64,000 nucleotides of DNA from Candidatus Woesearchaeota archaeon (GCA_018303185.1 JAGVYR010000001.1:8461-72460); one strand, 5' to 3'. Counted from the first letter of the stretch, positions 9,950 to 19,154 are shown. The notes: generated by a model from the letters alone, not told the origin. Made by a program: numbers and translations.

Positions 9950-10161
9950 TTTTAACGGCTGTGTTTTCGTTTTATTTTTAGGCCTTGTTTTTATTTCAAT
10001 ATTATTACGAATTTTGCACTATTGAATCTTTAATCTCCTGCAGCTTTTATTATTATTGAATTTTTTTATTGTGTATTTTGTATTGCTCTTTTATTGTATT
10101 TTATGATATCATTGAAGATTATTGCTTTTCATTGGATTTTATTGGATCATTGATTATTGCA

Positions 10162-10566
10162 TTATTGAAACTCGAATCCCTTCTCTCTCCAGTCATTTGC
10201 TCCGCCAAGCTGGTTATATACGTTTGTATAGCCAAGAGATGCAAGGGTTTCCGCAGCCTCCCTGCTCATGCTTCCCGAGCGGCAGTACAATGCGATTGCG
10301 GCATTTTTGTCCGAAGGCAGTTTATCAAGATTTTTCTCAATTTCATTGTAAGGAATGAAAGCGTCCGTGCCCTTTATATGCTCCTGCTCCGGAATGTGAA
10401 CATCGGCAACATAGACTTTTTCACCTTCATTTTCTATCATGGCCTTCAGTTGTTCGCTTGTAATATCATCATATTTTGATGTTTCAGCTGACTCAGTTTG
10501 ATTTGAGCACCCATTAATAAGCAAGGCAATAATAAAAAAGCTTAAAACAAAAAATAAAGCTTTCAT
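10162..10566 (-). CDS. rhodanese-domain lipoprotein (sulfurtransferase-like)
   Basis: Lipobox LINGCS, plus the rhodanese active-site loop YCRSGSMS. Confidence 0.75.
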   Translation of the reverse strand: MKALFFVLSFFIIALLINGCSNQTESAETSKYDDITSEQLKAMIENEGEKVYVADVHIPEQEHIKGTDAFIPYNEIEKNLDKLPSDKNAAIALYCRSGSMSREAAETLASLGYTNVYNQLGGANDWREKGFEFQ

Positions 10567-11126
10567 TTTTTCAGCTCTTTTTTCATCTCATTGAACTCTT
10601 TCTTTGTTATCTCTCCTTGGGCATACCTCAGCTTTAGCGAGTCCATTGAATTCTTTTTGCTGTTCCTTATGAGCCACAATACAAAGAATGCTATTGCTGC
10701 CACTATGGCAATCCATACAATTGTATTGAAAATCCCATAATACCCATAGCCGTACATCATTCCCGGCCCTGTTCCATAGCCCATCATTCCTTTTCTATTG
10801 AAGCCGCCCATCATCCCGTAGCCATAATTGACAGTTTCATTGCAGTAGAGGCTCCTCCCCATGTTTATATGGACCAGCCTCAAGGATTCGGAGCCTTCTC
10901 CTCCCATCATCTCATCCATCCTCTCATGAGCCTCTCCCGGGTGTATCTGCTCCATATAATAGTCTCCTACGCCCTCAAGCTGCTCCTCTGTCAGCTCGCC
11001 GCATGGCGTTTTTGCATCAATCAGCTGCTTCGCTTCCGCAAAAATCTTCGCATCATGCTCCTCCTGTGCAAACACGAAAAGAGAGGCCATGACTGCCATC
11101 AAAACCAACAAGCTTATTTTTTTCAT
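10563..11126 (-). CDS. secreted Met/Gly-rich protein with C-terminal SHOCT domain
   Basis: Signal peptide, then MMGG/GYGMMGG repeats (Cu(I)-binding-like Met-rich), a TM helix and LKLRYAQGEITKKEFNEMKKEL (SHOCT). Confidence 0.6.
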   Translation of the reverse strand: MKKISLLVLMAVMASLFVFAQEEHDAKIFAEAKQLIDAKTPCGELTEEQLEGVGDYYMEQIHPGEAHERMDEMMGGEGSESLRLVHINMGRSLYCNETVNYGYGMMGGFNRKGMMGYGTGPGMMYGYGYYGIFNTIVWIAIVAAIAFFVLWLIRNSKKNSMDSLKLRYAQGEITKKEFNEMKKELKK

Positions 11127-11175
11127 TTTTTACCACCTTTAATGCTGAAATATTATGCTCAGATAAAAATCTTTT

Positions 11176-11679
11176 TCACCACTCCTTGCAGCAGTCAATT
11201 ATCTTTTTCATTATCTCCGAAAAGCGGCCCATTTTCTTTTCCTCTTTCCTGAAAGCCTCATTTTTTTCCAAATCCTCATGCTTCACCATCTTTAGGTTTA
11301 TCGCAAAAAACATTGAATACAGGTTAAATGACTTCTGAAAATATAAATTTGCCTCCTCTTTATTGCCCCTTGCAAGCTCCTTTGTGCCGACTTCGAAAAG
11401 CCTCATGCTTCCTGCCAGAAGGTGCTTGCTGATGCACCATTCCTCCCCAACAGGGTCTTTCACAATCTTTGCAAGAAGCTCCTTCCTCATCTCCCTTACA
11501 GAAAGAAGCATATCAAGGTATTTCTGGTTTTGGGTCTTTACTGCAGTGAAGAAAAAATGCTCCTCGAGGCTTATCAAGTTCATTATCGCGATGCTCATGT
11601 CCTCATCCCTTGACAGGTCAAAGGCAAAATCCTTTTTCTCATTGACTTTCTTTATCCACTGCTCCAGTTCATCGCTCAT
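11176..11679 (-). CDS. hypothetical cytoplasmic protein
   Basis: 167-aa ORF with coding-like composition. No motif recognised. Confidence 0.5.
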   Translation of the reverse strand: MSDELEQWIKKVNEKKDFAFDLSRDEDMSIAIMNLISLEEHFFFTAVKTQNQKYLDMLLSVREMRKELLAKIVKDPVGEEWCISKHLLAGSMRLFEVGTKELARGNKEEANLYFQKSFNLYSMFFAINLKMVKHEDLEKNEAFRKEEKKMGRFSEIMKKIIDCCKEW

Positions 11680-11798
11680 TTTGATTTTTTTGTTATATTA
11701 TTTTTGGTTTATTTTTGTTATATGCCATTGTTCTATTGTTTTTATTGGGTTGTTTATCGGTCTTATTTGTGATTTCTTAGCTTATCTTATCAATAGGG

Positions 11799-12323
11799 CT
11801 ATATAAGCGCCTCCGCCAAAATGCTCATTATGGCGAGCAGTGAAAACGTCAAAATTATGCCTTGGAAAGGAATCAGCTTTCCATTCCTCAATTCAGTTAT
11901 TTTCCTGCTCATCCAGGGAGTGATGCACACAATCAGCCCTCCTATTACGCTTCCAATCAGGAAAAGGTTCACAAGATATGTCCTATAGAACCATGAGCCG
12001 TAATCCCCAAACATGAATATGGATAGAGGTTCCTGCGCTCCAAGCAGGGGAAGCAACGGGATTATAGTGGTCAGGAATGAAAACGCTACCAAAGCAGCCC
12101 TTTGGTATGGAATGTACTGTTTTTTGATTAAATTGGCAGCATACCATCCCACTGAAGCTGCAAAAGCCCCTATGAAAATCCCTATGATTGAGCTGCTTAC
12201 CCCAAAATATGCGGCTCCTCCTGCTGCCGCAGCCGCTCCCACAGTGCAGAGCGGGCAGTGGGCATAGGCCGCTTTGATGAAAATGGGAAAGCCAAGAAGG
12301 GAGAGAAGTTTTCTGCCGCCCAT
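11799..12323 (-). CDS. hypothetical membrane protein with CPLC motif
   Basis: 174 aa with AHCPLCTVGAAAAAGGA at the N-terminus and four or five TM helices. Confidence 0.5.
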   Translation of the reverse strand: MGGRKLLSLLGFPIFIKAAYAHCPLCTVGAAAAAGGAAYFGVSSSIIGIFIGAFAASVGWYAANLIKKQYIPYQRAALVAFSFLTTIIPLLPLLGAQEPLSIFMFGDYGSWFYRTYLVNLFLIGSVIGGLIVCITPWMSRKITELRNGKLIPFQGIILTFSLLAIMSILAEALI

Positions 12324-12324
12324 A

Positions 12325-12795
12325 TCAAATCCTCATAAATTCAGATGTTGAGCCGTCTTTATTGACAGCATATACTATGAAAGGCCCGTATTTTGGCCCG
12401 GGCATTCCGGGGCTGCCTGACGGCATTCCGGGCATTGCAATCCCCTTTATGTCCGGCTTTTCCAGCATCAGTTTCTCAACAGCCTCCACCGGAACATGCC
12501 CTTCAACGAAATAGTCTCCTATTATCGTGGTGTGGCAGCTTTCCATTGAGTCAGGAACACCATGTTCTTGCTTGATTGCAGCTATATCTGATGGGCTTGA
12601 CGCTTCTACATCAAACCCTTTTTTGCCCATATAGTCCACAAATATGTCGCAGCAGCCGCAACCCGGTCCCTTGAATATTTTCACAGCATTGCCTGCCAGC
12701 TCGCTTTTGCCCTGGCTGCATGCCCCCAGCAGAAATATGGAAAAAATCAAGATAAAGCCAAGGGCAATTGCTTTTTTGCGCATCTCAGCATCCAC
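12325..12795 (-). CDS. DUF411/CopG-like periplasmic metal-binding protein
   Basis: Lipobox LLGACSQG, a CGCC motif and an MPGMPSGSPGMPGP Met-rich tail, typical of DUF411 copper-resistance proteins. The start is probably the internal Met (MRKKAIALGF). Confidence 0.65.
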   Translation of the reverse strand: MDAEMRKKAIALGFILIFSIFLLGACSQGKSELAGNAVKIFKGPGCGCCDIFVDYMGKKGFDVEASSPSDIAAIKQEHGVPDSMESCHTTIIGDYFVEGHVPVEAVEKLMLEKPDIKGIAMPGMPSGSPGMPGPKYGPFIVYAVNKDGSTSEFMRI

Positions 12796-13060
12796 CTACC
12801 ATTGCCGGAAGGCTTGAAGGGTCATATTTCTGCTTTATCGCGCTGTCCCCTCCTGATGCGCCTTTGGATGATCCAGCATTTACAGCAACGCTTGCGCTTC
12901 CGCTTTCAATGCTCTTCTTTATGCCGCTTATCTCAACAGCCTGCACTAAGCTTACTATCAAAAGCACTGCAAGCACAACAAGGGCAATCATCCTCTTTCT
13001 CTTTTCGCCTTCATGCTCTTTTGCGTGTTCGCTTTTTGCATGCTCATTTTCATGTTCCAT
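12785..13060 (-). CDS. His-rich membrane-anchored protein ending in MVGGC
   Basis: 91 aa with the N-terminus HENEHAKSEHAKEHEGE, a TM helix, and the C-terminus ...PAMVGGC. Confidence 0.45.
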   Translation of the reverse strand: MEHENEHAKSEHAKEHEGEKRKRMIALVVLAVLLIVSLVQAVEISGIKKSIESGSASVAVNAGSSKGASGGDSAIKQKYDPSSLPAMVGGC

Positions 13061-13061
13061 T

Positions 13062-13751
13062 TTAACAGCCTCCTACCATTCCGCCTCCTGCGCTCAAGCC
13101 CTGCTCAATTCCCCTATACTTGTTTGATGCAAGGTTTATGTAATTGAATTCAATGCCGTTCTGCTCAAGTGCGGCAGCTTTTCCCTGCATCTGCCCCGGA
13201 AAGAACAGGGTTTTCCATTTCCCAAGCTCCTCTAAAATTTCGTCATCAGTAAAATCATTTGGATGCTCTCTCAGCAGGAATTTTGCAACTCCCCTCATAG
13301 CATAGCTGTGCGCGCATCCGCATGCGGCCTGCCCATTCCTGAATATTATTGCCTCAGCGCCGCAGCAGTATTCGCAGCTTATCTGCATCCCGATTTTTAT
13401 GTACCTTTCAAGCTCCTCCGGAGCCAGCTCTATGTAATTGTCAAGGTAAGCCAGCCTTTTTATTGCCTCATCAGCCTTCCTTTGGTCGTAAGGGCTTATA
13501 TCATCATAGCTCACTCCAAGCTCTTCCCCGTAAAGCCTTGGCATTCCTGTTGGAATGACAGAAGTTTGGGAGGATGCAGCTTCATTTCCCGCGCTTCCGG
13601 CCTGCTGGGCAAATTCTCCCGAGGATGCCATTGCTGCAACCTTATTGACCATTACTTGAGTGTATGTGAGGGTTGCAACAACAAGAATAACAAGAATAAC
13701 AGCAGCCCTTTCCATGTTCTTCATTGTTTTCAATTCTTTTTCCATAGCCAT
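13062..13751 (-). CDS. Cys-rich membrane-anchored protein ending in MVGGC
   Basis: 229 aa with a TM anchor, CEYCCGAEA...ACGCAHS, and the C-terminus ...GGGMVGGC, the same terminal pentapeptide as the downstream gene. Confidence 0.5.
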   Translation of the reverse strand: MAMEKELKTMKNMERAAVILVILVVATLTYTQVMVNKVAAMASSGEFAQQAGSAGNEAASSQTSVIPTGMPRLYGEELGVSYDDISPYDQRKADEAIKRLAYLDNYIELAPEELERYIKIGMQISCEYCCGAEAIIFRNGQAACGCAHSYAMRGVAKFLLREHPNDFTDDEILEELGKWKTLFFPGQMQGKAAALEQNGIEFNYINLASNKYRGIEQGLSAGGGMVGGC

Positions 13752-13867
13752 TTAAGAAATGAGATTTGATATATAATTAACCTCTAAAACTATGGTACAA
13801 AAACACAGTTATAACAAGTTTTTCTGTATTTCATTGTTCAGGATTATCCCAAAAGCTGAAAGAAGGC

Positions 13868-14428
13868 TTAAATTGGCTTTTTTAAGTAAATATTGTTTAT
13901 TTTGCCCTTTTTTACTTTTGACAGCAGCCCTTTCCTCTCAAGCTGCTGCAGGATTACTGAGAGCTTTGTCTTCGAGATATCTGTCCTGTAGCCCAAAGTT
14001 GTCTGGGAAATGCCATCCTGCTCTTTCACCGCAAGCAGCACCTTCCTTTCATCCTCATCCAGGCCGGACAGCAGGATATTCAGCTTCTCTCCCTTGAGCT
14101 CCTTGTCCTTTGTCTGGGAAATCTCATTTATCAGTTCCTTGGACACTGTCTCAAAGCTTTCTGTCCTTTTTGTGAAAAAGTATAGATAAGTTCCAAAGCT
14201 TATTGTAAGCACGACCATTACAGAGCCTATGACAACAGGGATGTTGCTCTGCTCATGCGTGCACACCCCTCCAACGACACAGCTGCCGCCGCTTGACTCC
14301 ATCAAAGTGTCTGTAAGCTCATCCACCTGAATCTTGAAGATTCCGAGGATTACCGCAAACACAATGCCTATGGCGATTATTCCCAGCCCGAGGTGTTTGT
14401 TGTTCATTTTTCTGAAGAAAGGCAGCAT
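13868..14428 (-). CDS. membrane-tethered winged-helix transcriptional regulator (two TM helices, extracytoplasmic Cys loop)
   Basis: TM1, then the loop SSGGSCVVGGVCTHE, then TM2, then a C-terminal MarR/TrmB-like wHTH (ERKVLLAVKEQDGISQTTLGYRTDISKTKLSVILQQLERKGLL). Confidence 0.6.
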   Translation of the reverse strand: MLPFFRKMNNKHLGLGIIAIGIVFAVILGIFKIQVDELTDTLMESSGGSCVVGGVCTHEQSNIPVVIGSVMVVLTISFGTYLYFFTKRTESFETVSKELINEISQTKDKELKGEKLNILLSGLDEDERKVLLAVKEQDGISQTTLGYRTDISKTKLSVILQQLERKGLLSKVKKGKINNIYLKKPI

Positions 14429-14453
14429 TATTATTTAAATATATAGCCTGCCA

Positions 14454-15409
14454 TGCTTGTTTGCAAGTTAAGGTTATAAGTGGGTTTCCCCACGCTTGTT
14501 TTTCGGAAGAAAAACGTGCAGGGTGGGGAGGACCCACAAATGGCAACGTATAGGATAGACCTTAAAAAGTTAATGAAAATAACAGGCAGATTTCTGCGCA
14601 GGCACGACGTGCCTGAGCACTTCAGCAAGAGCAAAAACGAGAAGTATACACTGCATCAGCAGCTTGTTTTATTCATATTGTACTGCCTGCTGGACCTGCC
14701 CATTGACCTTTTTGGTGAATGGATAGGACTTATGGACTTGTCAGGGATAGGCCTTGATTCAAAGCCGCATTATTCGACGATGTGGCGTGCGTGGCGACGC
14801 TTTTCGCCGCGCTTCCTTAGGAAGCTGGTAAAGGCAAGCGGCAGGGGCGGAAGGGACAAGTGCATTGCCCTTGACCCAACGCATATGGAAATTACCCGGC
14901 CAAGCATTGCCTATTGCAAGCGCACAAAGCGCAATCCTGCGCAGGAGCCGAACAGGAAAACAACCATTGCCACAGGCACAAGAAGCCTGAGGATTGTAGA
15001 CGCTATAATGCACAAGGACAGCCACAGGCACGGCCTTGACGACTTTGAAGAGATGGCAGGCGAATGGATAAAGGGAAAGACAATTGTTGCAGATACAGAG
15101 TTTGACGCTGAGGAAAGGTTTCATGGAATTGTCCTTTCATTTGGGGGCAAAGGCGTTGCCCCTTTGCGCCATAAAAACATCCAGATTTGGAGGACAAATG
15201 GGGCGCGACGCAAGCAATTGCGCCGGAGATGGCCTGGCAGAAGCTACCGCAGGAGGCCAATGGCAGAGACTCTGAACAGCATGCTGAAAAGGGGCATGAG
15301 CGCATTCTTGAGAGGCCGTACCGTCTGGCAGCAGGCAAGGCATTTCTACGCCAAATGCCTTGCGCACAATATGATTATGAGGTGTCAGGAATGAACTTGC
15401 AAACAAGCA
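14454..15409 (+). mobile_element. IS5-like insertion sequence, about 956 bp, intact
   Basis: It has perfect 16-bp terminal inverted repeats, TGCTTGTTTGCAAGTT at 14454-14469 and AACTTGCAAACAAGCA at 15394-15409. It is flanked by an 8-bp direct repeat GCCTGCCA (14446-14453 and 15410-17). It contains a single transposase ORF. Its GC content is clearly higher than that of the flanks. Confidence 0.75.
14540..15394 (+). CDS. DDE transposase, IS5/IS4 superfamily
   Basis: Motifs resemble the IS5-family D-D-E (IALDPTH; VADTEFDAEE; R...AET...LKRG). The GGGAGGA Shine-Dalgarno precedes the ATG at 14540. The stop overlaps the right inverted repeat. Confidence 0.7.
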   Translation: MATYRIDLKKLMKITGRFLRRHDVPEHFSKSKNEKYTLHQQLVLFILYCLLDLPIDLFGEWIGLMDLSGIGLDSKPHYSTMWRAWRRFSPRFLRKLVKASGRGGRDKCIALDPTHMEITRPSIAYCKRTKRNPAQEPNRKTTIATGTRSLRIVDAIMHKDSHRHGLDDFEEMAGEWIKGKTIVADTEFDAEERFHGIVLSFGGKGVAPLRHKNIQIWRTNGARRKQLRRRWPGRSYRRRPMAETLNSMLKRGMSAFLRGRTVWQQARHFYAKCLAHNMIMRCQE

Positions 15410-15422
15410 GCCTGCCAATAAC

Positions 15423-15905
15423 TCATCTTTGCACTATCCTTATAGCCTCTCGTTGTACTTTCAGTATTAATTCCTTTATTCTCTTCAATTGCTGCAAATC
15501 GATGCTTGTCTCAACGCCATAGGTGGAAATTTCCCTGCTTTCCCTTACTGTTGGGCTGGACATGCTCTTTTCAGCATCAAGAATATCGAATTGGGCAACC
15601 AGGTCTTTATCCAAGTCAAGTTTCTCCTCATTTATCAAAGTAAGCAGAACAGTTATTGTGCAGGCCTGATTCCTCGATTCATAGCCGTATTTGGCAAGGA
15701 TTGCCAAAAAGCAGTGATATATGGCATAAAACCCCACATTCAGTGCCCAGTCATATATCCTTAACTTTTCAAGAGTCTGCACTATCCCATAATTATGTTC
15801 AGATTTCTTAATATGCTTTTGTGCCAAATCCAAATCTGGCTTTGCCTTTATCAGCCTTTTTGGATCTTTAAGGCACCATTTCAAATGCTCATCTGTTTGC
15901 GGCAT
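15423..15905 (-). CDS. HEPN-domain protein (HEPN/MNT module)
   Basis: 160 aa, alpha-helical, overlapping the upstream nucleotidyltransferase gene by about 25 nt. Confidence 0.55.
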   Translation of the reverse strand: MPQTDEHLKWCLKDPKRLIKAKPDLDLAQKHIKKSEHNYGIVQTLEKLRIYDWALNVGFYAIYHCFLAILAKYGYESRNQACTITVLLTLINEEKLDLDKDLVAQFDILDAEKSMSSPTVRESREISTYGVETSIDLQQLKRIKELILKVQREAIRIVQR

Positions 15906-16525
15906 TTTCTTATAACCTCTGCATATTTTTCAGGATTATCAAATACAAGGCTTTCAGACAGGATATTGTAAAAGATTTTGCCTTCTTTGTTTTGCAGAAT
16001 ATCCTTTTCAGCTATATCCACATACCTTATTGGCTTTTCAACCAGCTCAGATTTTCTTATTTCATCTTTTATCTTTTTGACGTCCTTGGATCTTTCAGCA
16101 CCATACATAAGCAGGATATCTATATCGTTAAAATCCCTGGTTTTTATAGATGAGCCGAAAACCAAGCCCATTCCAACATAGCCTTTAAATTTTTTTAGGC
16201 TATGGGATAAGGCACTTAGCCATTTGGGAAACTCTTTCTCTTCCAAACTTAACATATATTCCATAAACTTAATGGCCAGTTTGTTGTTATATTCATAAGA
16301 AAAAAAGGCTGAATTGCCCATATCTTCTTTGGTTAACAGCATTTTATCCGCCAAAAGATTGCACAGCTTATTGGCATGTGCATGATTAATGCCCAATATT
16401 CTGGCTAATTGCCTGGGATTATACCTATCATTGTAATGCTTAAACAGGTATTTAGCTATCTGAATTTCAATCTTTGTAAATTGTATGTTATTAACATCCA
16501 TATGTATGCTGAAAACATATATCAT
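15881..16525 (-). CDS. minimal nucleotidyltransferase (MNT) with N-terminal wHTH
   Basis: GLVFGSS...DIDILL is the pol-beta-type NTase motif (GS...DxD). It is paired with the downstream HEPN gene. Confidence 0.65.
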   Translation of the reverse strand: MIYVFSIHMDVNNIQFTKIEIQIAKYLFKHYNDRYNPRQLARILGINHAHANKLCNLLADKMLLTKEDMGNSAFFSYEYNNKLAIKFMEYMLSLEEKEFPKWLSALSHSLKKFKGYVGMGLVFGSSIKTRDFNDIDILLMYGAERSKDVKKIKDEIRKSELVEKPIRYVDIAEKDILQNKEGKIFYNILSESLVFDNPEKYAEVIRKCRKQMSI

Positions 16526-16581
16526 ATATAAAGTTTGCGGTTTTAAGTCCTGCTCTCAGATGTTCTTGGCGATATATTAAT

Positions 16582-16666
16582 GGGGGCTGTTAATTTTTAA
16601 TATTGATTAGCCACTATTATGTTCGAAAGACCTAACAAATGCTATTAAAAACTTAGGTCTTTCGTT
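16582..16666 (+). repeat. double-hairpin repeat R1, copy A
   Basis: About 94% identical to 20532-20615. It contains a perfect 12-bp inverted repeat cgaaagacctaa/ttaggtctttcg. Confidence 0.5.
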
Positions 16667-16856
16667 ATAACGAAAACCGAACTAATCCTCGGGCTAAAGT
16701 TTTGCGAAGCAAAGTCACGAACGAAGTGGCTTGACCCGAGGTTTTTATCGTTCGGTTTTCGTGGATTGGAAATGCAAGGAAACCACATTTCCGGCATGCC
16801 GAAAATCTTTGATTTTCGTGCATTCCGCATTGAAGTGCGGGGTTTTAGTTTGAAAT
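16667..16856 (+). repeat. repeat R2, copy A
   Basis: 13-bp inverted arms acgaaaaccgaac/gttcggttttcgt, then a roughly 70-bp block nearly identical to 52492-52562 (ggaaacc.catttccggcatgccgaaaatctttgattttcgtgcattcc...). Confidence 0.5.
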
Positions 16857-16979
16857 GCAAAGCATTTCTAACTCTTAGAAAACCCGTTGGTTTTCAAAGA
16901 AACCCAATCCAAATTCCTTGCAGAATTTTCAATAATAATTGCTTCACCACCTCTCAGAATTAGTTTTTTAAGCCTTACT

Positions 16980-19154
16980 CTACAGCCTTTTCGCCTTCAG
17001 CAGCAGCGCATTGGTGACAACGCTTACCGAGCTTAGTGCCATTGCCCCTCCTGCAATTATCGGGCTTAAAAGCCATCCGGTAAACGGGTACAAAACTCCA
17101 GCTGCTATCGGTATCCCAAGTATATTGTAAATCAGCGCCCAGAACATTCCCTGCTTGATTTTTGCCATTGTTAATTTGCTTAATTTTATTGACTTTGGCA
17201 CATCCAATAAACTGTCCCTCATCAGCACTATGTTTCCTGTCTCCATTGCGACATCAGTCCCTGAGCCCATCGCAATTCCAATGTCTGCCTGCGCAAGCGC
17301 AGGGGCATCATTTATCCCGTCGCCTACCATTGCCACTTTTCCTTTTTTCTGCAGCTTTTTCACGTAATTTGCCTTGTCTTCAGGCATCACTTCCGCAAAA
17401 TAATTCTCAATTCCCGCTTTCTTGGCAATTGCTGCCGCTGTCCTTTCATTGTCGCCTGTTATCATGTAAGGCACAACGCCTATTTTCTTAAGCGCTCTCA
17501 CAGCTTCAGAAGAATCTTCTTTTATTTCGTCAGCGACGGCAATTATTCCAAGTACCTTCCTGTCCTGAGAAACAATCATCGCAGTCTTTCCTTCACTTTC
17601 AAGTTTGCCAATCTGTTCCATTATGCCTGAAACATCGGCCTTTTTCTCTTTCATAAGCCTTAAATTTCCTATAGAATACTGCTTTGAGCCCAATTTTGCA
17701 GCAACGCCTTTCCCGGCAACTGCGCTAAAAGAAGACGCTTTCCTGAAAACAATTTTTTTCTCTTTTGCCTTCTGCACAATCGCGTCTGCCAGCGGATGCT
17801 CGGAAGAATTCTCAATGCTCCCTGCAATCTCCAGAAGCTCTTTTTCTGATTTTGCGCCTTTTACGATAATGTCAGTGACTTCAGGCTTTCCCTTTGTTAT
17901 CGTTCCGGTCTTGTCAAAAATCACATACTTCACTTTATTTGCTGTTTCCAAAGCGTCTCCCCCTTTTATCAGGATTCCGTGGCTTGCGCCTATTCCTGTC
18001 CCGACCATTATTGCTGTGGGAGTTGCCAGCCCCAAAGCGCAGGGGCACGCGATTACGAGGACAGCAACTGCAGTAATGATTGCAAAGCCCAGTGGCTGGC
18101 TTGCAATGAATATCCAGTTAAGGAAGGTCAGCACAGCTATGATGATAACAATAGGCACAAAGTAAGCCGAGATGCTATCTGCAAATCTCTGTATCGGCGC
18201 TTTCCTTGTCTGCGCTTCCTCAATGAGCTTGATTATCCTTGAAAGGGTTGTCTCGCTTCCCACTTTTGTTGCCTGCATTATGAAGCTGCCCTGTTTGTTA
18301 ATTGTGGAGCCTATCACTTCCTGGCCTTTGCCTTTTCCGACAGGCATGCTCTCTCCGGTAACCATGCTTTCGTCTATTGAGCTATGGCCTTCAATGATTA
18401 CACCGTCCACCGGAATCTTCTGCCCGGGCTTGACTATTATTTTGTCGCCTTTCTTCACGTCATCTATCGGTATCTGAATTTCCTTCCCGTTCTTGATTAT
18501 TGTCGCGGTTTTGGCCCCTATCTTCATCAGCTTGCTTATTGCCTCGCTTGTCCTTCCCTTTGCGATTGCCTCAAGGTACTTTCCTACCAGCACAAGCGTA
18601 ATCAAAACAGCGGAAATCTCAAAGTACTGGTGGCCCATCGGGTCGAACAGGGCAACGTAGGCAGAATAGAAATAGGCTGCGCTTGTTCCCAGTGCTATCA
18701 AAGTATCCATGTTAGCTGACCTGTTTTTAAGAGCGGACCAAGTTCCAACATAGAACGACCATCCTATGTAGAATTGTATCGGTGTGGACAATAGCCAAAG
18801 AATGTAAATTGCAAACGGCAGCGATTCCATGAGAAACATCCCGATGATTAAGGCAGGCACTGAAAGGACTGAGCTTATTATAACCTTGTTCCTCAATGCC
18901 CTTATCTCCTCTTTTTTCGCTATGCCGTCTTCTGCAGCCCCTTCCCTTATCACAGATGCGCCGTATCCTTTGCCCTTTACAGCTTCTATCAGTTTTTCTT
19001 CTGAAGTTTTTTTCTCGTCAAATTCCACAGCCGCCTTTTCAGTTGAATAGTTGACAGTCGCGCTCTTTACACCGTCCACTTTGGTGAGCGCCCTTGTTAT
19101 CAATGCAGAGCAGCTTGCGCAGTGCATCCCGCTGATTCTTAGGCTTGATTTCAT
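16980..19154 (-). CDS. copA: copper-translocating P1B-type ATPase
   Basis: N-terminal HMA (GMHCASC), CPC in TM6 (ACPCALGLATP), DKTGT, GDGINDAP, 724 aa. Confidence 0.95.
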   Translation of the reverse strand: MKSSLRISGMHCASCSALITRALTKVDGVKSATVNYSTEKAAVEFDEKKTSEEKLIEAVKGKGYGASVIREGAAEDGIAKKEEIRALRNKVIISSVLSVPALIIGMFLMESLPFAIYILWLLSTPIQFYIGWSFYVGTWSALKNRSANMDTLIALGTSAAYFYSAYVALFDPMGHQYFEISAVLITLVLVGKYLEAIAKGRTSEAISKLMKIGAKTATIIKNGKEIQIPIDDVKKGDKIIVKPGQKIPVDGVIIEGHSSIDESMVTGESMPVGKGKGQEVIGSTINKQGSFIMQATKVGSETTLSRIIKLIEEAQTRKAPIQRFADSISAYFVPIVIIIAVLTFLNWIFIASQPLGFAIITAVAVLVIACPCALGLATPTAIMVGTGIGASHGILIKGGDALETANKVKYVIFDKTGTITKGKPEVTDIIVKGAKSEKELLEIAGSIENSSEHPLADAIVQKAKEKKIVFRKASSFSAVAGKGVAAKLGSKQYSIGNLRLMKEKKADVSGIMEQIGKLESEGKTAMIVSQDRKVLGIIAVADEIKEDSSEAVRALKKIGVVPYMITGDNERTAAAIAKKAGIENYFAEVMPEDKANYVKKLQKKGKVAMVGDGINDAPALAQADIGIAMGSGTDVAMETGNIVLMRDSLLDVPKSIKLSKLTMAKIKQGMFWALIYNILGIPIAAGVLYPFTGWLLSPIIAGGAMALSSVSVVTNALLLKAKRL

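Noticed and set aside
14759-15418. Several 90-120-aa ORFs on the minus strand and other frames inside the IS element
   Set aside because: They lie antisense to or overlapping the transposase gene in a GC-rich segment where long spurious ORFs are expected. No start or SD context was found.
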